Below are positions 39,401 through 48,681 of a stretch of 64,000 bases of DNA, in pieces; within the stretch, counting starts at the first letter, position 1; every line of letters starts with the position of its first letter. The notes beneath the pieces were generated by a model, which worked only from the letters and a program-made list of their open reading frames with translations, made no database searches and was not told where the DNA came from. The position numbers and the translations under genes are program-made. The stretch is from assembly GCA_963796685.1 (NCBI GenBank), contig CAWCMR010000025.1:1696001-1760000 (forward strand), written 5' to 3'. Source of the DNA: an uncultured delta proteobacterium (lineage in GTDB: Bacteria > Myxococcota_A > Polyangia > Fen-1088).

Positions 39401-40432
39401 CTACCCTCCACTCTTTTGATCGACGATGTTGTCGAAGGGGATGCCCTCGAAGACCACGTTGCGCATCGTGGGCGTATCGAGACGCGTGAGGGTGAATTTC
39501 GCGCCCTTTGGGAGATAGTCGAAACGGATCAGGCAATCTTGTTTGTCGCGAATCAGATTGTTGCGCGCGGTCCGCTGCTGTTTGTACTTCCCGTCCGCGC
39601 TCTCCAGGACGAACTTGGGATAACTCCAGACACCCGGTTTTCGGTGGGCAAACGAAACGGTCATGGTCGCAATCTGGCAGGTCAGCTCATGCTTCTTGCC
39701 TGTCGGCAGGGAAACGGCCGCGCCATCCGGGGCAGGGGCAAAGAGCTTGGCCTTCACCTCCTTCATGGGCTTTCCTTCCCAGTCGAAGAGTGTGACCTGA
39801 CAGGAGCCTTTCTTGAGCCCACGAAGCGTGATCTCGCCGCCGGCCGGCGATGGCCGGCGGAAGGTGCGCTTGGCTGGGGTCTCGATGAGCACCTTTAGAC
39901 CTGCGACCGGGCGGTCGAGCTCGTCCTTCAGTGATAGGGTGATGAAGTCTTTCCCCTCTTTCTCCACCTTCTCCGCCCCCTTCGGCGCCGGCCCCGGACC
40001 CGCCAGCGTCGTTGCCATCCATGACGCGGGCGGGGTGTTGCCGGGCATCATGGCCATGTGGTTGTGGGTCACCAGATCCATGTGGCGGACCGCCGGTTGG
40101 CTTTCGATGAAGACGTCCATCGAGAAGGTCTGGAAGTAGGCCATGCCTTGGACCATGTGGGTGATGACGCCGCCGCCGGTGCTGGTCGCGACTTCGTTGC
40201 CGGTGGACTTGGCGATGAAGGACTTGGCGTGGGCCACAGGGTTGCCTTCGATGGTCACGGTCGCTGCACCGCCTTGCAGATCCATGGCTTGGGCGGTGTT
40301 GGGCAACGGGGTGGGAATGGGGCCCGACGGCGGCGGAGGCGGGCACAGGCAGACGTCGGGGAAGGCGATGGACTTGCCAGCCGAGCCCGCGTGGATGGCG
40401 GCGCGACCGTTGATGAAGACGTTGTCAGCCAT
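39401..40432 (-). CDS. PAAR-like DUF4150 protein with C-terminal transthyretin/Ig-like extensions
   Basis: SIAFPDVCLCP..PIPTPLPN, STGNE..GGGVIT, SMDVFIESQPAVRHMDLVTHN. Extension ITLSLKDELDRPVAG...GEITLRGLKKGSCQVTL. Confidence 0.88.
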   Translation of the reverse strand: MADNVFINGRAAIHAGSAGKSIAFPDVCLCPPPPPSGPIPTPLPNTAQAMDLQGGAATVTIEGNPVAHAKSFIAKSTGNEVATSTGGGVITHMVQGMAYFQTFSMDVFIESQPAVRHMDLVTHNHMAMMPGNTPPASWMATTLAGPGPAPKGAEKVEKEGKDFITLSLKDELDRPVAGLKVLIETPAKRTFRRPSPAGGEITLRGLKKGSCQVTLFDWEGKPMKEVKAKLFAPAPDGAAVSLPTGKKHELTCQIATMTVSFAHRKPGVWSYPKFVLESADGKYKQQRTARNNLIRDKQDCLIRFDYLPKGAKFTLTRLDTPTMRNVVFEGIPFDNIVDQKSGG

Positions 40433-40441
40433 GATGATACC

Positions 40442-41458
40442 TCACGCTCTGCCTGTCATCGGACCCAGGACGACGGCGCCGCGCTCGGGACCGTCGGAAG
40501 TCAGTGCGGCCAGGCTGGGCCGCTTGTGAACGCCCTTCGAATGCAGGAAAGCCAGCATGGCGATGGACAGAAGGCCCGCGGCGGCGCCGGTCTCGCCCAC
40601 GGATAGGGAAGGAATTTCCATGGTGCCTGTCACCGGGCCCTTGGCCATGCGCGAGCTGGCGAGAAGGAGCTCCTCGAAATAGCGCTGCTCGCCGGAAAAA
40701 TCGTGCGCCAGACAAGCCAGCGATTCGTAGGCCAGCTTGGCCTGTGCCAGCGCCTTGGTCATCGCCTCTTGCAGGCCCGCGCCGGTAACGGGACGATCGG
40801 CGCCGCGGTTAGCTTCTTCACTGGCCGCGGCGGCGCCCAACCACGCGGCCAAGGCGTCAGGGTCCGGACGATTGGTCAGCAGCAAAGAAACGCCGGCCTC
40901 GCCCGGTTTGAAGCCGTCCTTGTTCGTCCCGGTCAGGATCCGATCGTCATCCACCAGCGCAGCCACACGATCGGCGTCGATGAACGAATCCACGCCGCTG
41001 ACGAGGCAATAGGGAATCGAGGAGTCCTTCAACAAGGCCAGAGCCGTCCCCAGCGCTTCGGTCATCCCCGCGCGGCCACGCGCAACCACGCGACTACGCG
41101 TGTGGTCGACGGTGAACGCGGCCTGGGCCATCACCTCGGCCAGCAGTTGCGCGGGCCACTGCACCGCAGCCTCCGGGAAAGCTGCGGCATCAGGGCAGCA
41201 CAGGATCAGCGGCACCTTGGCATCCGGCGCGACGGCCAACGTCGCCTCGTCCATCACTGCGTGGGCCATGGCGGCCAGTCGCGCCGGCCCGGCGATCTCT
41301 TCGGCGAAGCGAATCTTCATCCCGCTCAGAGGCTCGCCGTCGTTGTCGAGCACGTCCAGATCCTCGACCAGTTGCACGTGCGTGTACAGCGCGGCCATGG
41401 TGTCCGACAGATCGAGTCCCACGGGCGTCAGCGCGCCAGCCGCCGCAACCGCGATCAT
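40442..41458 (-). CDS. Thiolase/beta-ketoacyl synthase-like protein of DUF2169-PAAR cassettes
   Basis: AAGALTPVG, CLVSGVDS, GFKPGEAGVSLLL, DFSGEQRYFEE, SVGETGAA, SDGPERGA. No catalytic Cys seen. Confidence 0.82.
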   Translation of the reverse strand: MIAVAAAGALTPVGLDLSDTMAALYTHVQLVEDLDVLDNDGEPLSGMKIRFAEEIAGPARLAAMAHAVMDEATLAVAPDAKVPLILCCPDAAAFPEAAVQWPAQLLAEVMAQAAFTVDHTRSRVVARGRAGMTEALGTALALLKDSSIPYCLVSGVDSFIDADRVAALVDDDRILTGTNKDGFKPGEAGVSLLLTNRPDPDALAAWLGAAAASEEANRGADRPVTGAGLQEAMTKALAQAKLAYESLACLAHDFSGEQRYFEELLLASSRMAKGPVTGTMEIPSLSVGETGAAAGLLSIAMLAFLHSKGVHKRPSLAALTSDGPERGAVVLGPMTGRA

Positions 41459-42516
41459 CCTGCCCTCCTCCATCGGTGCGGGACGTAGTAGACCTTGCCC
41501 GCCCCGAGCGCACGCAGGCAGGCCTGCGTGGGTGTGCCCACCACGACTTGGCCCATGGCCAGGTGATTCGGGCGCGGCGAAAACGCGGCCCGCGCCACCA
41601 GGGAAAAGCGCTGCTCGGCCGGCTCGATGATGATGGTGTCCACCTGCGCGAAGGTTTCCGACATCTTCTCGCGCGAGCTGAAGAGCACGGGCACCTCGAA
41701 TTCGGGCAGCGAAAAGAAATCCACGCCTCGCTTGCTCATGTTGAGCAGGCGCACCGGTTCGCCGGGCTGGTAGTCGGCAAGCTGCTGATCCGCGGGCGCC
41801 ACATTCCAGTATGCGGGATTGAAGTCCTTGGGCAGAAGCGGCGCGCGGGAATTCTGCCAGGCTTCGTCGTAGGTGCCGGCAAGTTGGCAACGCGGCTGCC
41901 AGTGCGCCGCCACTGGGCCGAAGCCGCGCGGGGCAGGGCGGTCATTCGCCGAGGTGATGAGACTCGCTGGATCCTCGAAGCTGGGCGCCTGCTTGCCCTG
42001 CAGCTCGGCCGGCCGCTTGGTCACGCCGGTACCCGCGGGATTGCGAGGCTCGGTGGCGCGCGTGTCCTGCAGGTCCATGCCCCCGAACGACAACTCCCAC
42101 GCGAAGGATAAGGCCTCGGTCGGATACGGTTTCGAGGGCACCATGTCCTGCACGATCCCCGGCAGCCAGTAGCGCGCACCGAACACGTGCGCGGTTTTCT
42201 GCAGGCGCGAGCCCACGCGGAAAGCGACGTCCACCTCGGTCACGGGCGCGGGAAAGGTCAGCGTGCCTTTGAAGAGAACGTCGATGCGCGGCTTGGGCGG
42301 CACTAGGTCGGCCGCCGAAAGCAGACCTGACGTAGCGGGCTCGCCGGCGAATTCGTCGGTTTCGCAAATGGGCACGGCGGCGATCTGGCGAAGGCTGCCA
42401 TCCTGCTGCCACTGCCAGGTCGCCTTCACCACGGCGACGTATAGGGGGAAGCCCTCGGCGTCCTTGCCCGCCAGCTCGCCCACGGCGTAGGGCGTGAGAT
42501 TGATGGCGTTGCCCAT
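41455..42516 (-). CDS. DUF2169 T6SS adaptor/chaperone
   Basis: NLTPY, VAVVKAT, DLVPPKPRIDV, WELSFGG, NPAGTG, GFGPVAAHWQPR..AGTYD..W, YWNVAPADQQ. Confidence 0.93.
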   Translation of the reverse strand: MGNAINLTPYAVGELAGKDAEGFPLYVAVVKATWQWQQDGSLRQIAAVPICETDEFAGEPATSGLLSAADLVPPKPRIDVLFKGTLTFPAPVTEVDVAFRVGSRLQKTAHVFGARYWLPGIVQDMVPSKPYPTEALSFAWELSFGGMDLQDTRATEPRNPAGTGVTKRPAELQGKQAPSFEDPASLITSANDRPAPRGFGPVAAHWQPRCQLAGTYDEAWQNSRAPLLPKDFNPAYWNVAPADQQLADYQPGEPVRLLNMSKRGVDFFSLPEFEVPVLFSSREKMSETFAQVDTIIIEPAEQRFSLVARAAFSPRPNHLAMGQVVVGTPTQACLRALGAGKVYYVPHRWRRAG

Positions 42517-42522
42517 TGTCGT

Positions 42523-42996
42523 CTAGTTGATCTTCACCGCGCCGCCGCGGATGCGGTTCAGGTTGCTCGCTCGCGTGGTGACGTTCTTGCCGCGCACGCT
42601 GACCTCGCCTGCGGCGGTTACCGTGACGATGGATTTGCCCGTTCGGATGTGGATGGATTCGCTGGCCGAAAGCTCAACCGTCTTGGCGTCGATGCGGAAA
42701 TGCTCGTCCAGCGCTTGGTGCTCGGGCGCGGAGAACACGCACCACAGCAGTGGCACCCGGATGCCCTCGGGTTGCACCGCGATGGCTTGCACGGGCGCCA
42801 GTGCCACGGCCGCCTCCAGCCAGCGCTTGTCCACGTGGCGGGGAACGCGAAGCTCGGTGATGTCCCCTTCCTCGTCGCGAAACCTTGCCTTGCCGTCGGC
42901 ACTCAGGCCGATCACCACGCCCTCGACGGATCGCCCCTGAACCAGCCTGGGTTCCTCGGCGAAGGACACGGATCGAAGCTTGCGAGCTACACGCAT
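42523..42996 (-). CDS. DUF6484-like small protein resembling a VgrG/gp5 C-terminal tip
   Basis: C-terminal beta-repeat IHIRTGKSIVTVTAAGEVSVRGKNVTTRASNLNRIRGGAVKIN. GGAGG RBS. First gene of the cassette. Confidence 0.75.
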   Translation of the reverse strand: MRVARKLRSVSFAEEPRLVQGRSVEGVVIGLSADGKARFRDEEGDITELRVPRHVDKRWLEAAVALAPVQAIAVQPEGIRVPLLWCVFSAPEHQALDEHFRIDAKTVELSASESIHIRTGKSIVTVTAAGEVSVRGKNVTTRASNLNRIRGGAVKIN

Positions 42997-43069
42997 GGTA
43001 TGCCTCCTGGAAGAGCCTACTTATAGCGCAACCCGGAAGGCACGTCGTGTCTTTAGGAGCGGCCTTGCA

Positions 43070-44238
43070 TCAGAACAGATTGATGTCGCCCGCTGCGATT
43101 TGCTTCCACGGGACAAGGTCAATCTCGGGGGCCAACGCGCGGGGCTCATCGCTGGTCGTGACCACCCATCCCCGTTTCAGACCAAGGTCCTTCATACACT
43201 GGCGCAGACCAGCGTAGCCGTGCCGGTCGACCGAAGCTCCAGTTTGATCTCGATAGGCAGGACTTTCCGGCCCTCGACGACAAGCAGGTCGACTTCAGCC
43301 CCGGCCTGCGTGCGCCAGAAGAAGATCTCCGGACGGACCAATCGGGTGCTGGCCAAGGCCGCAAGCTCCTCGATCACCAAGCCTTCGAAAGATGCGCCTC
43401 GACGCGACCACGTGGCTAGGTCGCGCGGCTGCCGCAGGCCGGCCAAGTGGTGCAGAAGGCCGGTGTCACGAACATAGAGCTTGGGGCTTTTGGTCAGGCG
43501 CTTCTGTACGTTGGCGAAGTAGGGCGGCAAACGTCGAATCATGAATGCGCCCTCTAGGACATCCAGATCCGCGGCAACGGTGTGTGAGGAAACGCCAAGC
43601 GAGCGTGCCAGATCCGCCACGTTGAGCAAGTTCCCGTGGACGTGGGTCAGCATGGTCCACAGCGTGCGCAATCTGCGCGGTGGCATGCCAACCCCGAGGG
43701 CAGGAAGGTCACGCTCCAGTAACGTGGACACGTACGCGCCCAGCCACTCGACCCGGGCGCGTGCATCTGCAAGTGCGTGAACCGGGGGAAATCCACCCCA
43801 GAACCACCGGTCATCGGCCCGCCGCGTGCGTGCGAGCTCGCGCATCAGGAACGGCGTCAGCTCAACTATTGCCACGCGCCCGGCCAGCGTCTCCGAGACA
43901 GAGCGCATGAGCATTGGGCTGGCGGATCCGAGGAGCAGGAATCGCCCGTGGCCGCGCCCCCTATCGATCTGGTGGCGCAGCGCCTGAAACAGCTCGGGCA
44001 TGCGCTGGGCCTCGTCGATGGCCAGCGCGCGCGGGTTGGCCAGCAGGAACCCCTCGATGTCGGCCGCAAGCGTATCGAAGTCCAGGGGGCGCTCCAGATC
44101 CAGGTGCGTCCATTCCGGCAGTGCTTGGCGGGCCAAAGTACTTTTCCCCGATTGCCGCGGACCAACCAGCAAGACCGCCGGAAACGATCGCAGCAACGTC
44201 GTGAGATGTTCTGACTGCACGCGGGGAACAAGACGCAT
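43070..44238 (-). pseudogene. AAA_14 + DUF4143 ATP-binding protein with a -1 frameshift near 43240
   Basis: GPRQSGKST, IDEAQR, LLGSAS, SETLAGR, GGFP, KSPKLYVRDTG, EVDL..PIEIK. Adding one G restores GASVDRHGYAGLRQCMKDL...VPWKQI to the stop at 43070. Confidence 0.8.
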
Positions 44239-44240
44239 AC

Positions 44241-44275
44241 CTTGTATTTTTGCACCTAGGGTTCATAAATACAAG
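44241..44275. promoter_or_regulatory. 35-bp AT-rich imperfect palindrome directly upstream of a DUF4143 gene
   Basis: CTTGTATTTTTGCACCTAGGGTTCATAAATACAAG; perfect 9-bp outer arms. Confidence 0.65.
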
Positions 44276-44463
44276 TTGTCGGAAGGTCACAACGCGCATG
44301 CGAAGCCGCACTACCAAGCCCTGAATCTGGATACCGTGCGCGAATCATCGGCTCCCATCTGGATGACCTGGCTGCATTCGCAAGTTGGTGTCTGAAAAGG
44401 TAGGCCGCTGGCGACCGCGCGTTCCTGGCGCAACCCTCAAGACACGTCGTGCCTTTCGCGGCT

Positions 44464-45628
44464 CTACCAGCGCTCTTGCTGAACCTTCGCCCAGGGGATG
44501 ACGGCAACCCCTTGTCGCTTCTGGCTTTCACTGCCGCCGTAGACCAACCGGCGAACGATGGGAGACGACTTGGGCACGCGCGTGCTGAAGGTCGTCATGC
44601 CCGCGAAGAAGGAAGCATCCACGGTGCTGCCGGACTTGGCCTCGACGGCAATCCAACCTCGTTCGCTCTGCACCAGCAGATCGACTTCCGGGCCCCGGGC
44701 TTCCCGGTAGTGGAACATGCGCAGGGGTTGCCCGGCGTGAAGCCGCGCTTTGGCCACTTCGGACACCATCCAGGATTCGAAGATCGCACCGCGCAGTGGG
44801 TGCGAAACCAGGTGTTCGGCGGTGCGGATGCCGAGCAGTTGACAGGCCAGGCCTGAATCGAGCATGTGCAGTTTGGGCGCCTTCACGACTTGCTTGCGTG
44901 TGTTAGGGTGCCAGGCCGGTAGCAGGACGATCAAGTAGCTGGCTTCCAGCACCGACAGCCAGGCTCGGATGGTGTTCACCGACACGCCGGCGTCGCCTGC
45001 AAGCGAGGATGCGTTTACCTCCTGGCCTGTCCTGCCGGCCACCAGGGTTAGAAATGCCTGGAAGGTGTGCAGATCCGTTACGCGCAGCAATTGGAGCACG
45101 TCCCGTTCCACGTAGGTGGCGACGTAGTCGGCCAGCCAGACTCCCGGATCCAGGCCGCGATCGAAGATCCGGGGGTACCCGCCCGCCACAAGGCCATCCC
45201 ACAAGTCTATGGGAGGCTTGGGAAAGGCCGCTCGCTCGTCGAGGCTCAAAGGCAGCAGTGTGAGCATCGCGGTGCGCCCGGCGAGGGACTGCGATACCGC
45301 TTCCCGCACGGCCAGATTCTGGCTTCCGGTGAGGATGAATCGACCTGGACGGGCATCCCGGTCCACCTCTTCTTGCAGATAGGAGACGAGATCCGGCGCG
45401 CGCTGGATCTCGTCGAGAATGGCACCATCACGGATGCTGGCGAGAAAGCCGCGCGGATCCTCGATGGCGAAACGGCGATGGTCCACGGATTCGAGGGATC
45501 GGTACGGCAGGTGTGGGAAGAGCCCTCGACAAAGGGTGGTCTTACCCGATTGGCGTGGTCCCGTCAGGGTCAGCACGGGATACGCGCGCGCGTTCTCGCA
45601 GCAGCCGAGTCAGGCGGCGGGGAACCAT
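44464..45628 (-). CDS. AAA_14 + DUF4143 ATP-binding protein; N-terminal frameshift near a (CG)5 tract, alternative GTG start at 45576
   Basis: GPRQSGKTT, ILDEIQR, LTGSQN, SQSLAGR, GGYP, TYVERD, KAPKLHMLDSG, EVDL..AVEAK. MVPRRLTRLLRERAR from 45628 is out of frame with YPVLTLTG. Confidence 0.82.
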
Positions 45629-45649
45629 ACCCCAACCTATCCCGCGGTA

Positions 45650-45680
45650 CATGGATTTGCAATGCGATTGAAAATCCATG
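45650..45680. promoter_or_regulatory. 31-bp palindrome upstream of the second DUF4143 gene
   Basis: CATGGATTTGCAATGCGATTGAAAATCCATG; 13 of 14 arm positions pair. Confidence 0.7.
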
Positions 45681-45842
45681 AAGCAGGCGCGGACGCCCAA
45701 GCGGCGATCGCCGTAGGCCAACCATCACGCCTTCGGCGGAGCGCCCCTCGCAGACACGCCGTGTCTATGCCACATCGCCACGACCAAGCTGAATTGATGA
45801 GCCATTTGTCGACTGGCCCGGCACATACTGGCAGGAGCATCC

Positions 45843-46778
45843 ATGAGACTTGAGGGTCAGTTCCTATCGGGTAAACTTGTCTGCGGGACAATGTTCGTGT
45901 TGGTCCTCGGCGCAAGCTGTGGCAAGGCCTCCTCGGGCGGCGGCGCGGGTCAAGGGAGCGCGACCGGGGGCGATTCGGGGCAGGGCGGCGCGGGCACGAG
46001 CACGGGCGGCTCTCCTGGCTCTGGCGGCGACGCCGTCGGAACAGGCGGTGCGACTGGATCGGGTGGCAGCCGAGCGACGAGCACGGGCGGCGTCATGGGT
46101 TCGGGCGGTGCTGCTGCTGGCTCGGGCGGATCGACTGCGGGCACGGGGGGGGCCGGCAGCGGCGGCATGCCGGGCAGCGGTGGCGCCACTTCGCCACCCG
46201 ACGCTGGACCCGACTCGGCCACCAGGGATTCCCGGAGGGGCGCGGATGCCAGCACCTCGCGGGACGCCGTGGTCGACGTGGCAGCGGTGTCGGCGGACTC
46301 TGGTTCACCGACGGGAGATGGCGGGTGTGTACCCGACTATTCTTGCAAACCGACCTCGCCCAACACGGGGGATCCCGCGGCCGATTGTGTGGCGCGCGTG
46401 AATCAATTCCGCGCCTGCGTGTGCCTGCCACCGCTCGCACGCTGGACCGCGGGCGAGGCGTGCGCCGACCAAGACTCGCAGTACGATTCCCAACAGAGCT
46501 CCGCGCACGCCGGCTTCATCGCAGGCATCTGCGCCTCGGGGAACGCGCAAGACGAGTGTCCCGACTGGGGCGGCTACACCGACGAGAAGGTGATCGATCA
46601 GTGTTTGCAGATGATGTTCGATGAAGGCCCGCCACCGACCGCGTCGTGTACCGGCACCTGCTACGAAGCCCATGGCCACTACATCAACATGACCGGCACC
46701 AGTTACAAGAGCGGCGTGGCTTGCGGCTTCTACACCACCGCCAGCGGCAGCGTGTGGGCAGCCCAGAACTTCCAGTAG
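45843..46778 (+). CDS. Lipoprotein with Gly-rich linker and CAP/SCP-like domain
   Basis: Lipobox LGASC. CVARVNQFRA..LPPLARW, AHAGF, AQDEC, HGHYINM, VACGFY..VWAAQNF. Confidence 0.75.
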   Translation: MRLEGQFLSGKLVCGTMFVLVLGASCGKASSGGGAGQGSATGGDSGQGGAGTSTGGSPGSGGDAVGTGGATGSGGSRATSTGGVMGSGGAAAGSGGSTAGTGGAGSGGMPGSGGATSPPDAGPDSATRDSRRGADASTSRDAVVDVAAVSADSGSPTGDGGCVPDYSCKPTSPNTGDPAADCVARVNQFRACVCLPPLARWTAGEACADQDSQYDSQQSSAHAGFIAGICASGNAQDECPDWGGYTDEKVIDQCLQMMFDEGPPPTASCTGTCYEAHGHYINMTGTSYKSGVACGFYTTASGSVWAAQNFQ

Positions 46779-46834
46779 CCTAGGCAGGCGCACCAGGTTC
46801 GCTCAGGCCCTCACCAGGCAGAGCGATGGGTTGG

Positions 46835-48331
46835 CTACTGAACCCAGTCGCTGGTGGCTTTGGCTGCCAGCCAGTCTTTCACCACGATGCCGAAGGGGGT
46901 CAACGCCGTGAGATCGCTGTCGGAGAACATGTTAGGCGTCCAGCCGTTGTCGGTCACCCAAGCGGTCCAACTGGCCCCGTTGCCGTCGACCAGGGCTTCG
47001 AAGTCCGTCCCCCACGTCGCGCTCGTGGTTCCGCCGACGGTGTCACTGGGGTTCTGGTCATATCCCCATTCCGTAATGAAGACCGGAGCCTTGGACACGG
47101 CGGTCGATACCTGTGTCTTGAATGTGGCATTCCAGTTCCCCGGATAGACGTGAGCCGTGAACATCAAGTTTGACTTCGGATCCGAAGGCGGATCGCTGGC
47201 GGCGTCGCCCGGGTGCTGATCGTAGCTGTGGGATGGAACGATGATGATATTGGATGCACCGGCACTTCGTATCGTGGTGATCCAGCCCTGCACGACTGGC
47301 TTGAGCGCCGCCCAATTGGACGTGGAGTCTATCGGCTCGTTGAAGGGTTCGTAGATGACATTGGTGTAGCTCGCGAATTTGGGAGCAATATCGGTCCAGA
47401 AGGTTGTTGCGTCCGTGGCTGATGTGCCCTTCGTGATGTCGTCGATTTGGTGGAAGTCGATGATCACGTACAAGTTCTTGCTGGTGGCGTAGTCGATCGC
47501 GGGCTTCAGAACTTTGCTGACGTAGTCCGCGGCATTCATGGTACCGGTGCTGGCGGGCGTGCAGTTTGCACCCGAACCGGTACCACCCACCGGGTAGGGC
47601 AAGGGAGAGCAATAGGAGCTGCCACCGTTGTAGTCGACCTTCGGGTACACGGGCAGACGCACGACGTGGCCTTGCACGCCAGCGGCAGCTATCTTGTCCA
47701 TGCGATCCGTAATGCCCTTCACGCTGTTGCCCGCATAGCTGTAGAGCGGGCCGATGTCGATTAGCGACGACCCGCGCAGGACGATGGTCTTGCCGGTCGG
47801 GTCTTGCAGCTTCGTTCCGTTGACGGTGAGTGCGGGCAAGCCGCCTGTGCTGCCGCCCGAGGCGCTGCTGCCGCCGCTCCCGGATCCGCCGGTGCCGCCG
47901 CCTCCCGAACCAGCGCCGCCAGCTCCGGACCCGCCCGAACCGCCTTTCGCCGTGGTGCCGCCCGAGCCGTTGCCGCCAGACCCGGTACCGCCGGAGCCAG
48001 CACCACCCGTGCCGCTGTTGCCGCCCATCGTGCTCGAGCCACCGCTTCCGCCCGCGCCGCCCGAGCCGTTGCCACTCGAACCTCCTTTGGCAGTCGTGCC
48101 GCCGCTTCCATTGCTGCCGCCCGACCCGGTCGTCCCGCCTGACCCGCTGCTGCCGCCGGACGCGGTCGTGCTTCCAGCCGATCCACCCTGGCCACTCGAA
48201 CCGCCCGTGCTCGCGCGCCCGCCCGACCCGCCGTGGCCCGGCGAACCGGTGCCGCTGTCCTGCGCGCAGCCGCAAGCGAACGCGACGCACAGAAACATGG
48301 TTCCCGCGGGTAGCTTGCTCTTTGTCATCAC
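46835..48331 (-). CDS. GH5 endoglucanase lipoprotein
   Basis: Lipobox FACGC, Gly/Ser linker, VVRLPVY, YVIIDFH, IYEPFNEP (acid/base), HVY, VFITEWG (nucleophile), SWTAW. Confidence 0.9.
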   Translation of the reverse strand: MMTKSKLPAGTMFLCVAFACGCAQDSGTGSPGHGGSGGRASTGGSSGQGGSAGSTTASGGSSGSGGTTGSGGSNGSGGTTAKGGSSGNGSGGAGGSGGSSTMGGNSGTGGAGSGGTGSGGNGSGGTTAKGGSGGSGAGGAGSGGGGTGGSGSGGSSASGGSTGGLPALTVNGTKLQDPTGKTIVLRGSSLIDIGPLYSYAGNSVKGITDRMDKIAAAGVQGHVVRLPVYPKVDYNGGSSYCSPLPYPVGGTGSGANCTPASTGTMNAADYVSKVLKPAIDYATSKNLYVIIDFHQIDDITKGTSATDATTFWTDIAPKFASYTNVIYEPFNEPIDSTSNWAALKPVVQGWITTIRSAGASNIIIVPSHSYDQHPGDAASDPPSDPKSNLMFTAHVYPGNWNATFKTQVSTAVSKAPVFITEWGYDQNPSDTVGGTTSATWGTDFEALVDGNGASWTAWVTDNGWTPNMFSDSDLTALTPFGIVVKDWLAAKATSDWVQ

Positions 48332-48449
48332 GACCCTTCTGCCGGAGTTTCCTGTCAGCGCCTATATGGTGCATTCGTGCTGTGAATCCGTCAACGACCG
48401 GGAGGGACGGATGTGGTTCGCGTCACCGAGGGGGGGCGCGGCTTCTCCT

Positions 48450-48534
48450 CCCCTCACCGGCCGCGCTTCGCGCGTCGGCCTCTCCCCGCGTGCCCGCGGG
48501 GCGAGGCGATAGGGCCGCGCTGCGCGGCCCCTAC
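48450..48534. repeat. REP-like hairpin copy plus a GTAG-type REP palindrome
   Basis: 48450-48506 matches 5343-5396. 48510-48534 reads GTAGGGGCCGCGCAGCGCGGCCCTA on the minus strand. Confidence 0.7.
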
Positions 48535-48681
48535 AAAACAGCGTCCGGGCTCAAAGGCGTGCTTTCAGGACCTTGAAAGGGCTGGCTTCCCAGGTCAATC
48601 GCCTGAGGTGTATAGAGTCGGCGGGCAGTATTGGCTCATCAGCCGCGCCATCGCATGGCCACCAACATACCAGAGGTTCAA

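Noticed and set aside
40442-41458. Fatty-acid or polyketide biosynthesis gene cluster
   Set aside because: The KS-like gene lacks the catalytic Cys and sits in the DUF2169-PAAR context, with no ACP or PKS genes.
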